Below are positions 1 through 9,536 of a DNA stretch of 35,050 nt, piece by piece. This DNA is from a virus. Under the pieces are notes generated by a model. It did no database searches and was not told the origin of the DNA. It was given only the letters and a program-made list of their open reading frames with translations. Positions within the stretch are counted from its first letter, which is position 1; every line of letters begins with the position of its first letter. The translations under genes were made by a program, and so were the position numbers. The DNA lies in UHGV virus genome UHGV-0197915. One strand, written 5' to 3'.

Positions 1-1
1 C

Positions 2-328
2 GATTATCAGAACTACGAATACGGTTATTCAGTTTCTGACCGCCAGCAGTTTGTTGGTGAGTTTACCGGTGAGCGCAAGGGGGACCTCGCGGCGGTAGCG
101 GTGAAAAATAAATTCTCCGTTGGCGACAGCCTTGAGCTGATGACGCCGCAAGGCAACATTAATTTTACCCTTGAGCACATGGAAAACGCCAAAGGCGAAG
201 CTATGCCGATAGCACCAGGCGATGGTTATACTGTGTGGCTCCCGGTCCCGCAGGATCTTGAGCTCAATTACGCGCTGCTGATGCGTAATTTCTCCGGGGA
301 AACCACGCGTAATCCCCACGGTAAGTGA
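2..328 (+). CDS. yegQ: U32-family peptidase YegQ, C-terminal part (5'-partial; gene starts before the window)
   Basis: Open frame from window start to TGA at 326-328; synteny with cyaR immediately downstream and yegR/yegS at the far end, as in E. coli. Confidence 0.75.
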   Translation, partial: DYQNYEYGYSVSDRQQFVGEFTGERKGDLAAVAVKNKFSVGDSLELMTPQGNINFTLEHMENAKGEAMPIAPGDGYTVWLPVPQDLELNYALLMRNFSGETTRNPHGK

Positions 329-363
329 TTAATTTCGATTATTTTTCCCGGATGGAAAATTCT

Positions 364-403
364 TAGAAACCGATCACATACAGCTGCATTTATTAAGGTT
401 ATC
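364..403 (+). promoter_or_regulatory. cyaR promoter region with CRP-like half-site (…TCACA) and -10-like TATCAT
   Basis: ttagaaaccgaTCACA centred ~41 nt upstream of the sRNA 5' end; TATCAT at 398-403. CyaR is known to be CRP-activated. Confidence 0.45.
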
Positions 404-412
404 ATCCGTTTC

Positions 413-499
413 GCTGAAAAACATAACCCATAAAATGCTAGCTGTACCAGGAACCACCTCCTTAGCCTGTGTAATCTCCCTTACACGGGCTTATTTTTT
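413..499 (+). ncRNA. cyaR: CyaR (RyeE) Hfq-dependent small RNA
   Basis: GCTGAAAAACATAACCCATAAAATGCTAGCTGTACCAGGAACCACCTCCTTAGCCTGTGTAATCTCCCTTACACGGGCTTATTTTTT matches the CyaR sequence as I recall it; terminator hairpin plus T-tract at the 3' end. Confidence 0.85.
478..499. repeat. attL core (22-bp direct repeat CCCTTACACGGGCTTATTTTTT), overlapping the cyaR terminator
   Basis: Identical to 33547-33568; flanking bases differ on both sides. Confidence 0.75.
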
Positions 500-540
500 T
501 GTTCTAACCTAATGAAATAAATGGATTTATTTCTTGCAAT

Positions 541-559
541 GTCCACACATTGACCACAT
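541..559. promoter_or_regulatory. Putative integrase arm-type binding sites (TGTCCACA-cat-TGACCACA direct repeats)
   Basis: Two 8-bp direct repeats ~45 bp inside attL; the same octamer is repeated at 33437-33455 at the int end. Assignment as P2-type Int arm sites rests on a consensus recalled from memory. Confidence 0.4.
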
Positions 560-563
560 CGAT

Positions 564-2407
564 CGAGTAGGAGGCGGGATCACTCCCGCCGTCCTCTCAC
601 ACCACCGTACATGCGGCTCCGCATACGGCGGTTCATGTTAACACTGGAACTGCCTCTGCTGTTCCAGCAGTGATATCAGACCCTGCCTGCTGAACCACGC
701 ATTCTTTATCGCCTGATTCATATGGCTTGACCCTGAGTTCCACCATGGCCCGTGGTTGTTGTACGCTGAGATCATCGCCCTGTCCTTACTCAGCCCCGCT
801 CTTTGCAGGTTCTTCGTCCGGGTTCCCGGCCTCTTCCACTGCCGCCACAACAGGCACCGCAGTTTCCGTTTGATCCAGCCGTCCAGCTCTTCCTGCACTC
901 CTCTGACTTCCGTCAGCCTGAAGTAGCTTATCCATCCACGCAGCACTGGCGTCAGGGCATTGATTGTCGCTTTCACTGATTTGCTCCGGTTTCCCGTGGT
1001 CAGACTGCGGACTTTCTCCTTCAGCCTGTTCACGCTCGTCAGGGCTATTTTCAGCTTCGCCTGTTTGTGCCATGTCACACTGTACCCGAGGAACTTCCGC
1101 TCCCACGGGCGCGCCACCGCGCTCTTCTTCTCATTCACCTTCAGTTTCATTTTGTTCTCCACGAACGCCCTGATGTTCTTCAGCAGATGGTCGCCCGCTT
1201 TCCGGCTGCTTACGTTGATGTTGCAGTCGTCTGCGTAGCGGCAGAAGCTGTGTCAACGACGCTCCAGTTCTTTATCCAGTTCATCCAGCAGGATGTTCGA
1301 CAGTAACGGCGACAGCGGGCCGCCCTGCGGCATGCCCGCCTGTCCTTTATCGTTCTGGCCAGACGCGTCATCAGGAGCCTGTGATCCACCCGGTCAAAGA
1401 ACTTCTCCAGATCCATATCCACCACCCACCGTTTGCCGCCCCGTATGTAACGCTGTGCCTGTTGCACCGCCTGCCATGCGTTGCGCCCCGGCCGGAAGCC
1501 GTAGCTGGAGTCTGAGAAGCTTTTGTCCACGATGGCACTTAACTGCTGCGCAATCGCCTGCTGGATAAGCCTGTCCACCACCGTCGGGATGCCTAAGGTT
1601 CTCACGCCGCCATCCGGCTTCGGGATATCCATCCGGCGTATTGCCCGCGGCTGGTAGTTTCCGTCAATCAATGCCTGCCTGACACTGCGCCAGTTCTTCT
1701 TCAGCCACGGTTTCAACTCCGCCACGCTGAGGTTATCCACCCCCGCCGCGCCTTTGTTTTCCACCACGCGCTGATAAGCCAGCATCAGGTTTTCTCTCGT
1801 TATCACCGCTTCCATCGTCAGCGGCACTTCCGCTTTCGTTTGCCCACCCGCCGCCGTGCTGATTTCAGCGCCATCATGCAGCCCTGACGGATACCGTCCG
1901 TCTCCTCTGCCGCTGGCCGCAGTTGCCTGCGCTTGTGCTTCATTAATCATCATCGGGTTCGGATGTCCTAATCACGGTTAATCATGTTCGGCCCTTCATG
2001 CTGCCGGTTTTGCAGCACTACTACGGCGTCGGCTGACTTCTGCCGCCCCATCCCGGCACCTTACGACGCCGGTAGCACACTGGCAGGACGGCAGTTCTCC
2101 CGGGGTAATTCGCGCGACTTTCCTGCTTATGCCTGTCGGCTCTACGTTACAGCGTTCCGTGTGAGTATCGGGCTTTGGTGATGTATGCCACCTTACCCCG
2201 CTGCGCCGCCTTAACCGCTTCCTGTTCGTCAGGCCAGCATTTTGCATCCGGCTTCCTTCAGATTTCACCTCGCGATGAACACCCTTGCCTTCCGCTAACA
2301 CTTCCCCTCACCGGGTGTGTGGAGGACTTTCACCTCTTAGTCGTTCTTCAGCCACCACAGTTGAAGAACAGCGCCAGTCACGGCGCTACGCGCCATGCCC
2401 GGCGCAC
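564..2407 (-). mobile_element. Group II intron (bacterial class C-like placement), degenerate
   Basis: 5' end GTGCG (reverse complement of 2403-2407) 8-9 nt after a terminator hairpin; domain V-like hairpin near 605-640; RT/maturase ORF inside; intron-free version of the 3' flank present at 33601-33620. Confidence 0.7.
638..1953 (-). pseudogene. Group II intron-encoded reverse transcriptase/maturase, disrupted
   Basis: RT domains 0-4 in ORF 1210-1953; frame breaks near 1331-1345 where ~25 aa before the xPQGGxLSPLL motif are missing; in-frame TGA at 1253-1255 before the YADD motif; maturase domain continues in ORF 638-1162. Confidence 0.75.
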
Positions 2408-2410
2408 ATA

Positions 2411-2450
2411 CAAAAAGCCCCGCAAATGCGGGGCTTTATTTATAAAAAAA
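2411..2450 (-). terminator. Rho-independent terminator (bidirectional hairpin GCCCCGCAAATGCGGGGC flanked by A/T runs)
   Basis: Perfect 8-bp GC-rich stem at 2416-2434 followed by TTTTT on the minus strand; lies downstream of ogr and the 69-aa ORF. Confidence 0.6.
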
Positions 2451-2540
2451 ATGGTAGAAAATTTTGATTTGCTTTAAAGAATAAGAGTATCAATCATTGT
2501 GTCTAGTGCTCTTACACCTTTTTGGCCTAGTGTTTGATTA

Positions 2541-2750
2541 TTAGTTATCAATAGATAACTGTTTCATCATCTCTTCAGTAAGCTTAAACGAGCGCATTGT
2601 CAATTCTGCATGACGACGCATCAGATCAACAAAGCCGGGATTGGATGAGTTTGCGCAATTTGTTAGTGCTTGATTTGCCGTTAGCATAGAAATCTCTTGA
2701 AGTTGCTCATTTATTTCTCTGGTTTTTTGCATATATTCATCAAAAGTCAT
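2541..2750 (-). CDS. Hypothetical small protein (69 aa)
   Basis: AT-rich ORF between ogr and the terminator; no recognisable motif. Confidence 0.4.
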   Translation of the reverse strand: MTFDEYMQKTREINEQLQEISMLTANQALTNCANSSNPGFVDLMRRHAELTMRSFKLTEEMMKQLSIDN

Positions 2751-2852
2751 GGATACGTTTTCCGTAATGTACTGTTAGGTCAGAATTAATTTTTGTTACA
2801 ACAAGCTAGTATTAACAAATATCGTACCCAGATTCCACCTACCAACTTCTTC

Positions 2853-3074
2853 TCACATCCATTGAATTTGCTGCTGACCTGACGTTGTTGGATGCGGCGG
2901 CGCGGGTACTACCTCGCCCGATGATACGATGAAACGCTCGACTGTTTCAGTGGTCACAAACGTGCAACTGCAGTTGATGTTTGTGCACTGGTGATACCGC
3001 TCTTTTGTGGTATCAGTAAAATAGCGACTCGTGCGGGCGTGGGCGGCATGATGGCATTTCGGACAATGAAACAT
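2853..3074 (-). CDS. ogr: Ogr/Delta zinc-finger late-gene transcription activator
   Basis: MFHCPKCHHAAHARTSRYFTDTTKERYHQC…SGQQQIQWM closely resembles P2 Ogr as recalled; start placed at the Met preceding FHCP. Confidence 0.85.
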   Translation of the reverse strand: MFHCPKCHHAAHARTSRYFTDTTKERYHQCTNINCSCTFVTTETVERFIVSSGEVVPAPPHPTTSGQQQIQWM

Positions 3075-3155
3075 GATGAGGGTCTCCGGCGTATTCAATG
3101 TGTTAATTTTACTCATTTTTCACTTATAAAACAAACACATAATTAAAACACATCG

Positions 3156-4319
3156 TTAAGTTTCCTCGCTTTCATACTCCACATCAGAAACCTTAACCTC
3201 AAGCTCTAAGCCCGTCGTGAAGCCGCTCCCATTAAAGCTGTGCACCACACGGCTGATTATCCACGCCTGTTCGTCTATAACGCGCTTAAAGCCTTTCACT
3301 GCGACCGGCGTTTCAGGAAATAAATCAGCGCGGCCAGTGGCGAGCGTAATCGAAAACTCCGCCACCCCACGTTGTATCCTGTCCCACTTTGCCTGAGCTG
3401 CGCGCATGGCCTGCGCCTTTGTCGCGTAGATGGTCGTGAGTTCCAGAACATTGTCGGACTCACCAGCCATATACTCACCTTCCCGCGCTTCCTGCTCCTT
3501 TTTCTTTTTAGCCTTTGCCGATGTTTTGACGGCCTTCGGGTGCTGCAGCGCACGCAGGTGCTGCTCTTTGGGTTTGCGTTTGAGCTTCACCTTTTGCTTT
3601 TGCAGTTTCGGGTCTCTGGTGTGCAGCCATTTCGCCGTTACGCCGGTGTAAGCCTCACGGTCTGCAATGGCGAACTGATGGCGGTCGCCGTCACCGCGTT
3701 CGACGGTCATTTGCGGGATGGCCTTGCCACTGGCCGTCATCGCGCTACCGGCTTTCAGGAATAACAATTTCCCGGCTTTGACCGAAACCGCTGCCCCGTT
3801 ACGATCCGCCAGTCGGGACAAAAACGCGGCGTCGGATTCCTGAGACTGGTCGATATGCGGCACAGCAACAGATTTCAGGGTATCAGCCACGCTGGCCGTC
3901 AGTTTGTTACGCTGCGCGATAGCCTCAACAATCACCCCGAGCGTGGTGTCGTGCCATGACTGTTCGCGCCTGGAGTTCAGCGTCCCGCGAAAATCCGCGC
4001 TGCGCCCCCGGAGGGTCAGCCTGTCAGGCGCGCCCCGGTGCTCGATTTCGTCAACCGTGAAACTCCCTTTGTTTATCAGCGCCGAGCCCTGCCAGCCCAG
4101 CCACAGCGTCAGCGATGCCCCGCGTGGCGGCAGCTCAACCAGCCCGTCAGAATCATCAAGCTCGATATCAAGCTGATCAGCCTCGAATCCGCGATTGTCG
4201 GTCATGGTCAGCCCGATAAGCCGGTTGCTGAAATTCTGTGAGATATCTGCGCCATCGAGCGTGAGCATAAAATCAGGGGCAATGCGCGCCCCGGTCTGAA
4301 TGTTCATTCCCGTTATCAT
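3156..4319 (-). CDS. D: Tail protein gpD
   Basis: 387 aa at the P2 D position; overlaps the U stop. Confidence 0.8.
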   Translation of the reverse strand: MITGMNIQTGARIAPDFMLTLDGADISQNFSNRLIGLTMTDNRGFEADQLDIELDDSDGLVELPPRGASLTLWLGWQGSALINKGSFTVDEIEHRGAPDRLTLRGRSADFRGTLNSRREQSWHDTTLGVIVEAIAQRNKLTASVADTLKSVAVPHIDQSQESDAAFLSRLADRNGAAVSVKAGKLLFLKAGSAMTASGKAIPQMTVERGDGDRHQFAIADREAYTGVTAKWLHTRDPKLQKQKVKLKRKPKEQHLRALQHPKAVKTSAKAKKKKEQEAREGEYMAGESDNVLELTTIYATKAQAMRAAQAKWDRIQRGVAEFSITLATGRADLFPETPVAVKGFKRVIDEQAWIISRVVHSFNGSGFTTGLELEVKVSDVEYESEET

Positions 4320-4780
4320 CCCGCCATCCCCCCGAGCCAGTTACCGGCAGACGTGACCAGATTGTCAGCCTGCGTTTTCAGGTCGCCGTAGATGGCCGCG
4401 AGGGATTCATCCACCCGCTTAAGCGACAGGCTAAACTCGATTTTTTTAGCCGCACCGTCGCTGAATAACTCGGTGTGGTTGTGAGTCACTTTATCGATGA
4501 CATACATCCCGTGGATCATACCGGTTCCGTCAATCAGCGGCCATGCGCGCCCCTCGTCGGCCATCAGCTCGATGGCCATCAGTGACAGACGCCCGCCAGT
4601 GATTTCAGGGTAAAGCGTGCCTGACAGGGTGCGCGAGGTCTCCCCCTCCCCGAGATACTGATAAGCAGGTGGTTTTCCAATACGGTCATTTGACACCCAC
4701 CGGTAGTCCTTCGAATACTGCATTGACTGATGCGGCAGGGTGCGCCGTTCAAACACAAAAAAGCCCAGCACCATTAACAT
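4316..4780 (-). CDS. U: Tail protein gpU
   Basis: 154 aa, P2 U-like, at the P2 U position. Confidence 0.75.
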   Translation of the reverse strand: MLMVLGFFVFERRTLPHQSMQYSKDYRWVSNDRIGKPPAYQYLGEGETSRTLSGTLYPEITGGRLSLMAIELMADEGRAWPLIDGTGMIHGMYVIDKVTHNHTELFSDGAAKKIEFSLSLKRVDESLAAIYGDLKTQADNLVTSAGNWLGGMAG

Positions 4781-4793
4781 TTTTACCCCTCCC

Positions 4794-7235
4794 TCAGTCG
4801 AGTCTCATACTGGATCGCTGGCGCGCACGTTTCTCGCGGTCAAGTTTGTCGACGGCGTCACGGAGCTGGCGGTCAAGGTCACTGCCCGGCGCGACCCCGC
4901 CCTGCAGATTGATGTTGTATTCGCTTTTGCTCTGGTCGATATAAGACCGGCCTGCAGGTGCAGTGACCGGCTGATACGCCTGATACCCGCCATATCCAGC
5001 GGTCGCAAGGATATACCCGCCATTCAGGGACGCTTTATTCGCTTTCGCTGCGGTCTGGTCGAGGTCGCTGGATTCTTTTTTGATAACGCCGAGTTTTTCC
5101 AGTAGCCAGCCGACCTTGCCGCTCAGGCTGTTAAACATCTTGAGCGGCATCATCAGCGCATCAGCCAGCGCCTGACCAAAAGTAACGCCGACATTTTTGC
5201 AACTGGAGAGCGTGTCCTGCGTGGTTTTCACCGGCGCAAGCAGGTCTTTAAACCACTGGCAGACGACACCCAGCTTTTCAGCGATGGCGTCAAACACCGG
5301 CGCGAGCGGGGTAAACATGTCCCCCACCGGTGCAAAGGCGGCTTTCAGTCCCTCCACCACGCCCGAGAAGAATGCACCGAGCGGCTCCCAGTATTTGCGG
5401 ATCAGCAATGCACCGGCCACCACTGCACCGGCTACCGCCAGCACCGGCAGGCTGATTGCGCCAATGGCCGTGACAATCGCGCCGCCAACCGTACTGAAAA
5501 CCACACCGAGCACGCCAGCCGCCGCAATGATGGCATTAATCCCCATCACCACCGGCCATGCGACAAGGCCAATCCCGCCCATTACACCGATCAGCGCCAG
5601 CGCACCACCAACCACCACGCCGAGGGTGGTCGCCAGCCCTTTATTTTTCTGGATCCAGCCGTCGAGCCTGAGCACATATTGCGTGGCCGTCTGCGTCAGC
5701 TTTCGCAGTGAGCCCTCCTGCTGATCAAACAGGTCAGTGCCGACCGCCTCATAGGCTGACTGAAACTCTTTAAAGTCGCCGCCGAGGTTATCCTGCATAA
5801 CCTTAACCAGTTCCTCAGTCTTACCGTCTGAGGCTTTAAACGCGGCGGTGAGCTGGTCGAGCTTGCCGCTTGTTGCGGCGGCCATCAGCACGGCGGCCGC
5901 CGAGCTGGCCTCTTCACCGAAAATGGTTTTCATGTATTCGGATTTCTGCCCCGTTCCGAGATTGTTTTTCTCAAAACTGCGCTGCATTTCTTTCAGGATG
6001 GAAAATATCGGGCGCGTATTGCCTTTGCTATCTGACGTTTTAATACCGAGCTCTTTGATGGCGTCGTACGCTTTACCGGTTGGCGCCTGCAGGCGACTCA
6101 GAACGGCACGGCTCCCTGTACCCGCCATCGAGCCGGTGATTTTGGAATCGTGCAGCGCCCCCACCATTGCGGTGGTTTCTTCGATACTTACCCCGGCATT
6201 TTTCGCCACTGGCGCGGCATAGGTCAGCGCATCACTCATTCCATCAAAGTCGGCGGCGGTTTTGTTCATCGTCATCGAGAGAACATCACCAATATGCGCG
6301 ACTTTATCGTTAGAGAGCTGAAAAGCAGATTTCATGCCTGTCAGCAGCGCAGCGTTTTCTTCCATCGTGCGCTTGTTCGACAGCGCCATATTCAGTGTGA
6401 CCGGCGTCGCCGCCTGAATGGCCGCCGCATCGCCGCCGCTTTTGGCAATGATAATCTGCGCACCCGCCGCATCATCGGCAGAGGCAGCGGTATTATCACC
6501 GAGCTGGCGCGCCTGTTTACGCAGCGCCTGCATTTCAGGCGACTGTTTGTCGACACCGAGCACGGCCTGCAGCTCTGAGTTTTTCTGTGCAAATTCATAA
6601 CCAGGCGTCAGCAGCTTAACCCCGGCGAGGGTTCCCGCCGTCGCAATACCAACACCGGCTGCGCCAGCCGCCGCCGCGTTTCCGGCCAGTGATTTACCGG
6701 CCTGATACCGCGCTTTCACCCGGCTTAACTTCGCCTGTTGTGCGCTGACTTTCGCCAGTGCCTCACGCTGCCGATTAAGCTGCGCGGTAGTCTCACTGAT
6801 GCGCGATTTAAGCCCCCGCTCATCATTTGCCAGATTACGGGTATTAATACCGACTGCACCGAGTTCACGTTGCTGGCGCTTAACAGACTCAGTGAGGCTG
6901 TTGTATTTCGTCTGCAGCCCGTTGGCGGCACGCTTTGCCGATTCAAGCACCTGCGCCTGCGCACGCGTCGGGCGCTCGGTGTTTTTAAATTGTGTGGCAA
7001 GGGCTTGCGCTTCCTGTTTCGCTTTCTCAAGCGAATGACCGGTCACGGCAAGCTGGGCGCTGGCTTTGCGGAATCCGTCAATACGGGACGCCTGCGCATT
7101 AAGTTCGCGCAGGCTTTTTTGTGAATTGCGGATATCACCAGACAGGGATTTGCTGGCGTTCTGAATCGCTTTAAGCGGGCGGCTTGCCCGGTCAACTGCG
7201 TTCAGCAGCACCTCGATTCTGACGTTATTGCTCAT
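4794..7235 (-). CDS. T: Tail tape-measure protein gpT
   Basis: 813 aa, Ala/Gly-rich coiled-coil and glycine-zipper membrane segments typical of tape-measure proteins. Confidence 0.85.
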   Translation of the reverse strand: MSNNVRIEVLLNAVDRASRPLKAIQNASKSLSGDIRNSQKSLRELNAQASRIDGFRKASAQLAVTGHSLEKAKQEAQALATQFKNTERPTRAQAQVLESAKRAANGLQTKYNSLTESVKRQQRELGAVGINTRNLANDERGLKSRISETTAQLNRQREALAKVSAQQAKLSRVKARYQAGKSLAGNAAAAGAAGVGIATAGTLAGVKLLTPGYEFAQKNSELQAVLGVDKQSPEMQALRKQARQLGDNTAASADDAAGAQIIIAKSGGDAAAIQAATPVTLNMALSNKRTMEENAALLTGMKSAFQLSNDKVAHIGDVLSMTMNKTAADFDGMSDALTYAAPVAKNAGVSIEETTAMVGALHDSKITGSMAGTGSRAVLSRLQAPTGKAYDAIKELGIKTSDSKGNTRPIFSILKEMQRSFEKNNLGTGQKSEYMKTIFGEEASSAAAVLMAAATSGKLDQLTAAFKASDGKTEELVKVMQDNLGGDFKEFQSAYEAVGTDLFDQQEGSLRKLTQTATQYVLRLDGWIQKNKGLATTLGVVVGGALALIGVMGGIGLVAWPVVMGINAIIAAAGVLGVVFSTVGGAIVTAIGAISLPVLAVAGAVVAGALLIRKYWEPLGAFFSGVVEGLKAAFAPVGDMFTPLAPVFDAIAEKLGVVCQWFKDLLAPVKTTQDTLSSCKNVGVTFGQALADALMMPLKMFNSLSGKVGWLLEKLGVIKKESSDLDQTAAKANKASLNGGYILATAGYGGYQAYQPVTAPAGRSYIDQSKSEYNINLQGGVAPGSDLDRQLRDAVDKLDREKRARQRSSMRLD

Positions 7236-7694
7236 GATGGCTTCCGCTTCGTTGCAGCGCCTTATCGCGCCATGTCAGGAGCTCGGTCACACTCAGGGAA
7301 TTTAGCTCTGATGGCGGCCAGTGGAAGATCACCGCAATATCCGCCATCAGGTCATCGACCGACAGTTTTTCCGGGAAGGTCAGCGACCCGAAGCTGGTGA
7401 CAAAAAACCGACCACCTTACCGGCTAGTGAAATCAGGTCTGACGCATCCAGACGCGCGAGCTCGTGCTCGGTCAGTGCCGGATATGTCATGCGCGGCAGC
7501 ACCTTAATCAGCGCATCAACGTCGGAATTTGCCAGCGACGCCAGCGACACCCCGCGCAGGGTTCCCGCATTCGGTTTGGTTAAGGTGACCTGCTCAACTT
7601 TCTGCTCACCGCGCATCAGCGGGGTGTCAAAAATAACGACATTCGGATTGACGTTCTCAGTGTCAGCAACAGCAGTCTCATTGATATTTTTCAT
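7225..7694 (-). CDS. E': gpE+E' fusion produced by programmed -1 frameshift
   Basis: The -1 frame from the slippery site (minus-strand GTTTTTTG, forward 7401-7408) reads FFVTSFGSLTFPEKLSVDDLMADIAVIFHWPPSEL… to a TAA at 7225-7227, overlapping the T start. Confidence 0.6.
7380..7694 (-). CDS. E: Tail assembly chaperone gpE
   Basis: 104 aa ORF immediately upstream of T; slippery run GGTTTTTTG at its 3' end. Confidence 0.7.
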   Translation of the reverse strand: MKNINETAVADTENVNPNVVIFDTPLMRGEQKVEQVTLTKPNAGTLRGVSLASLANSDVDALIKVLPRMTYPALTEHELARLDASDLISLAGKVVGFLSPASGR

Positions 7695-7748
7695 GCGAAT
7701 TTCTCATCAGGGTAAATGACCGGCCAGCCTCACTGACCGGTTGAAGGA

Positions 7749-8267
7749 TTACAGGCCAATCGCCTTGCGGTGCTCTGCCATACGGTCGACACCGTCGACT
7801 TTCAGCACCATGTTGATCACGTCAATCTCGATGACTTCTTTGCCGTCGATCGTGAGCTGGTAATAGGCGCACTCGGTCGCCATTTTGGTTGTACCGCTTT
7901 CGCCCTGCTTGTTTTCACCGCCGTCGTATTCTTTATGACGGCCACGCATCACCACCTCGACGGCAGAAATCGCGCCGGTGTCGTCACGCTGATAAGAGCC
8001 GGTAAAACGCAGCGGCACGCTGTCAGCACCCGGTGAGGCGTACTGCGCCCACAATTCAATGTCAGGCAGACCGCCGAGCGTCCACTCAAGCGACAGCGCA
8101 TCGTCATCGAGGCCAAGGTCAACCGACACCGCCCCCGGCATCCCGCCGCCGCGATATTTCTCCAGCTTGCGGGTCAGTTTTGGCAGGGTGACGGATTCAA
8201 CAACGCCCATATAGCTGAGGCCATCGTTGAACATATTCAGGTATTTCAGTTTGCGGGGTAACGCCAT
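7749..8267 (-). CDS. FII: Tail tube protein gpFII
   Basis: 172 aa at the P2 FII position. Confidence 0.85.
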   Translation of the reverse strand: MALPRKLKYLNMFNDGLSYMGVVESVTLPKLTRKLEKYRGGGMPGAVSVDLGLDDDALSLEWTLGGLPDIELWAQYASPGADSVPLRFTGSYQRDDTGAISAVEVVMRGRHKEYDGGENKQGESGTTKMATECAYYQLTIDGKEVIEIDVINMVLKVDGVDRMAEHRKAIGL

Positions 8268-8279
8268 GCTCAGAGCTCC

Positions 8280-9473
8280 TTAGCTGTTGACCGAGTCCGA
8301 CAGGTTCGCCAGATAGGTATCGGTGATGCGCTGGCGCAGGGTCAGGTTTTCCAGCGGCGGGACGGGGGTATAGTCGTAATCGATATACAGTTTCCCCACT
8401 TTCAGGGTCGCGGTGTCGTTCGACTCCGGGTCGTACCAGCAGAAGCCGTCAACGATATAACCACTGGTTTTCAGCTCGCGGAATTTGGCATTGATACCGG
8501 AAACGATGTCGCGAATGAGGGTCGGGGTAATGGGTTTATCCATCGCCCACGCGTGCGCCTCCGCCATCGTGTCGGCCAGTACCTGCGCGGTGCGGGTGTA
8601 GTTCTCAAACAGGAAAAGCGGATCATCCGAGCAGGTACGGTTTCCCCAAAACTTGAAACCATCATTGCGGATAAGCGTGGTGACACCGGCCTGATTCAGC
8701 AGGTTGGCGTCGGTCGCCGGTTCCTGCAAATCCCACGATACTGAGGCACTGACGCCGGTCACACCGTTAACGCCAACGTTAGACAGGGTTTTATGCCAGC
8801 CGACCGTCTGGTCGATTTTGGCACGCAGGCCGAGCGCGCGCGCCGTCGCCCAGGCTGTCGCGGTCGCGTTCGCCGTGGTGTCCCATGCCAGAAAATCAGG
8901 GAAGATGACCATCAGCTCACGCTGGCTGAAATTCTCGCGGTAGTCGATGGCCTCGGAAATGGTTTTACAGCCCCATGCGCTGACATAGCCAAAGGCGCGC
9001 AGGCTCTGACAGGTGGACGCGAGTGCGGTCGCCACCTCCTGTGAATCCAGCCCCGGCACGCCGAGAATCCGTGGCTTAACGCCGGTGACGGTTTTCGCCG
9101 TCAGCAGGGCTTTCAGCCCGGTATATTTGCCGTTTTCGTCGGTGGTGCCGATGATATTAGAAATGGTCTGTTTGTGCGCCTCCTCGGGGTTCTCCGGATC
9201 TTCAATACCTTCGGCCACACGCACGGCCACGATGACCGGCTTGCACTGGTCAGCGATAGCCTGCAGGGACGCCGACAGCGTGCCCTGTTTACCGGCCTTA
9301 CCGATAGCGCTCTGCACGTTCGTAATGAGCACCGGCTCATTGAGGGGAAATGTTTTTTCGTCAGCATCGCTGGCCGTGCAGACCATGCCGATGATGGCCG
9401 TCGAAACGGTGGAAATGGTGCGCACGCCATCGTTAATCTCGATGACCTGCACGCCGTGATGATAGTCACTCAT
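8280..9473 (-). CDS. FI: Contractile tail sheath protein gpFI
   Basis: 397 aa at the P2 FI position. Confidence 0.85.
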   Translation of the reverse strand: MSDYHHGVQVIEINDGVRTISTVSTAIIGMVCTASDADEKTFPLNEPVLITNVQSAIGKAGKQGTLSASLQAIADQCKPVIVAVRVAEGIEDPENPEEAHKQTISNIIGTTDENGKYTGLKALLTAKTVTGVKPRILGVPGLDSQEVATALASTCQSLRAFGYVSAWGCKTISEAIDYRENFSQRELMVIFPDFLAWDTTANATATAWATARALGLRAKIDQTVGWHKTLSNVGVNGVTGVSASVSWDLQEPATDANLLNQAGVTTLIRNDGFKFWGNRTCSDDPLFLFENYTRTAQVLADTMAEAHAWAMDKPITPTLIRDIVSGINAKFRELKTSGYIVDGFCWYDPESNDTATLKVGKLYIDYDYTPVPPLENLTLRQRITDTYLANLSDSVNS

Positions 9474-9536
9474 CCGTTTAACTCCGTGGTTAAGGGGTGA
9501 GTGATATTTTCTGTTGTGTGGCGGGTGCGGGCTATT

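Noticed and set aside
548-563. 16-bp repeat (also at 33601-33616) considered as a target-site duplication of the intron
   Set aside because: Group II introns do not generate target-site duplications and the two copies are 33 kb apart on either side of the att core; better explained as homologous arm sequence from an older phage remnant.
5197-6600. Several plus-strand ORFs (5197-5724, 5848-6222, 6150-6578, 6418-6600 and others) overlapping gene T
   Set aside because: They lie antisense within the GC-rich, Ala-rich tape-measure gene and have low-complexity translations; typical spurious frames.
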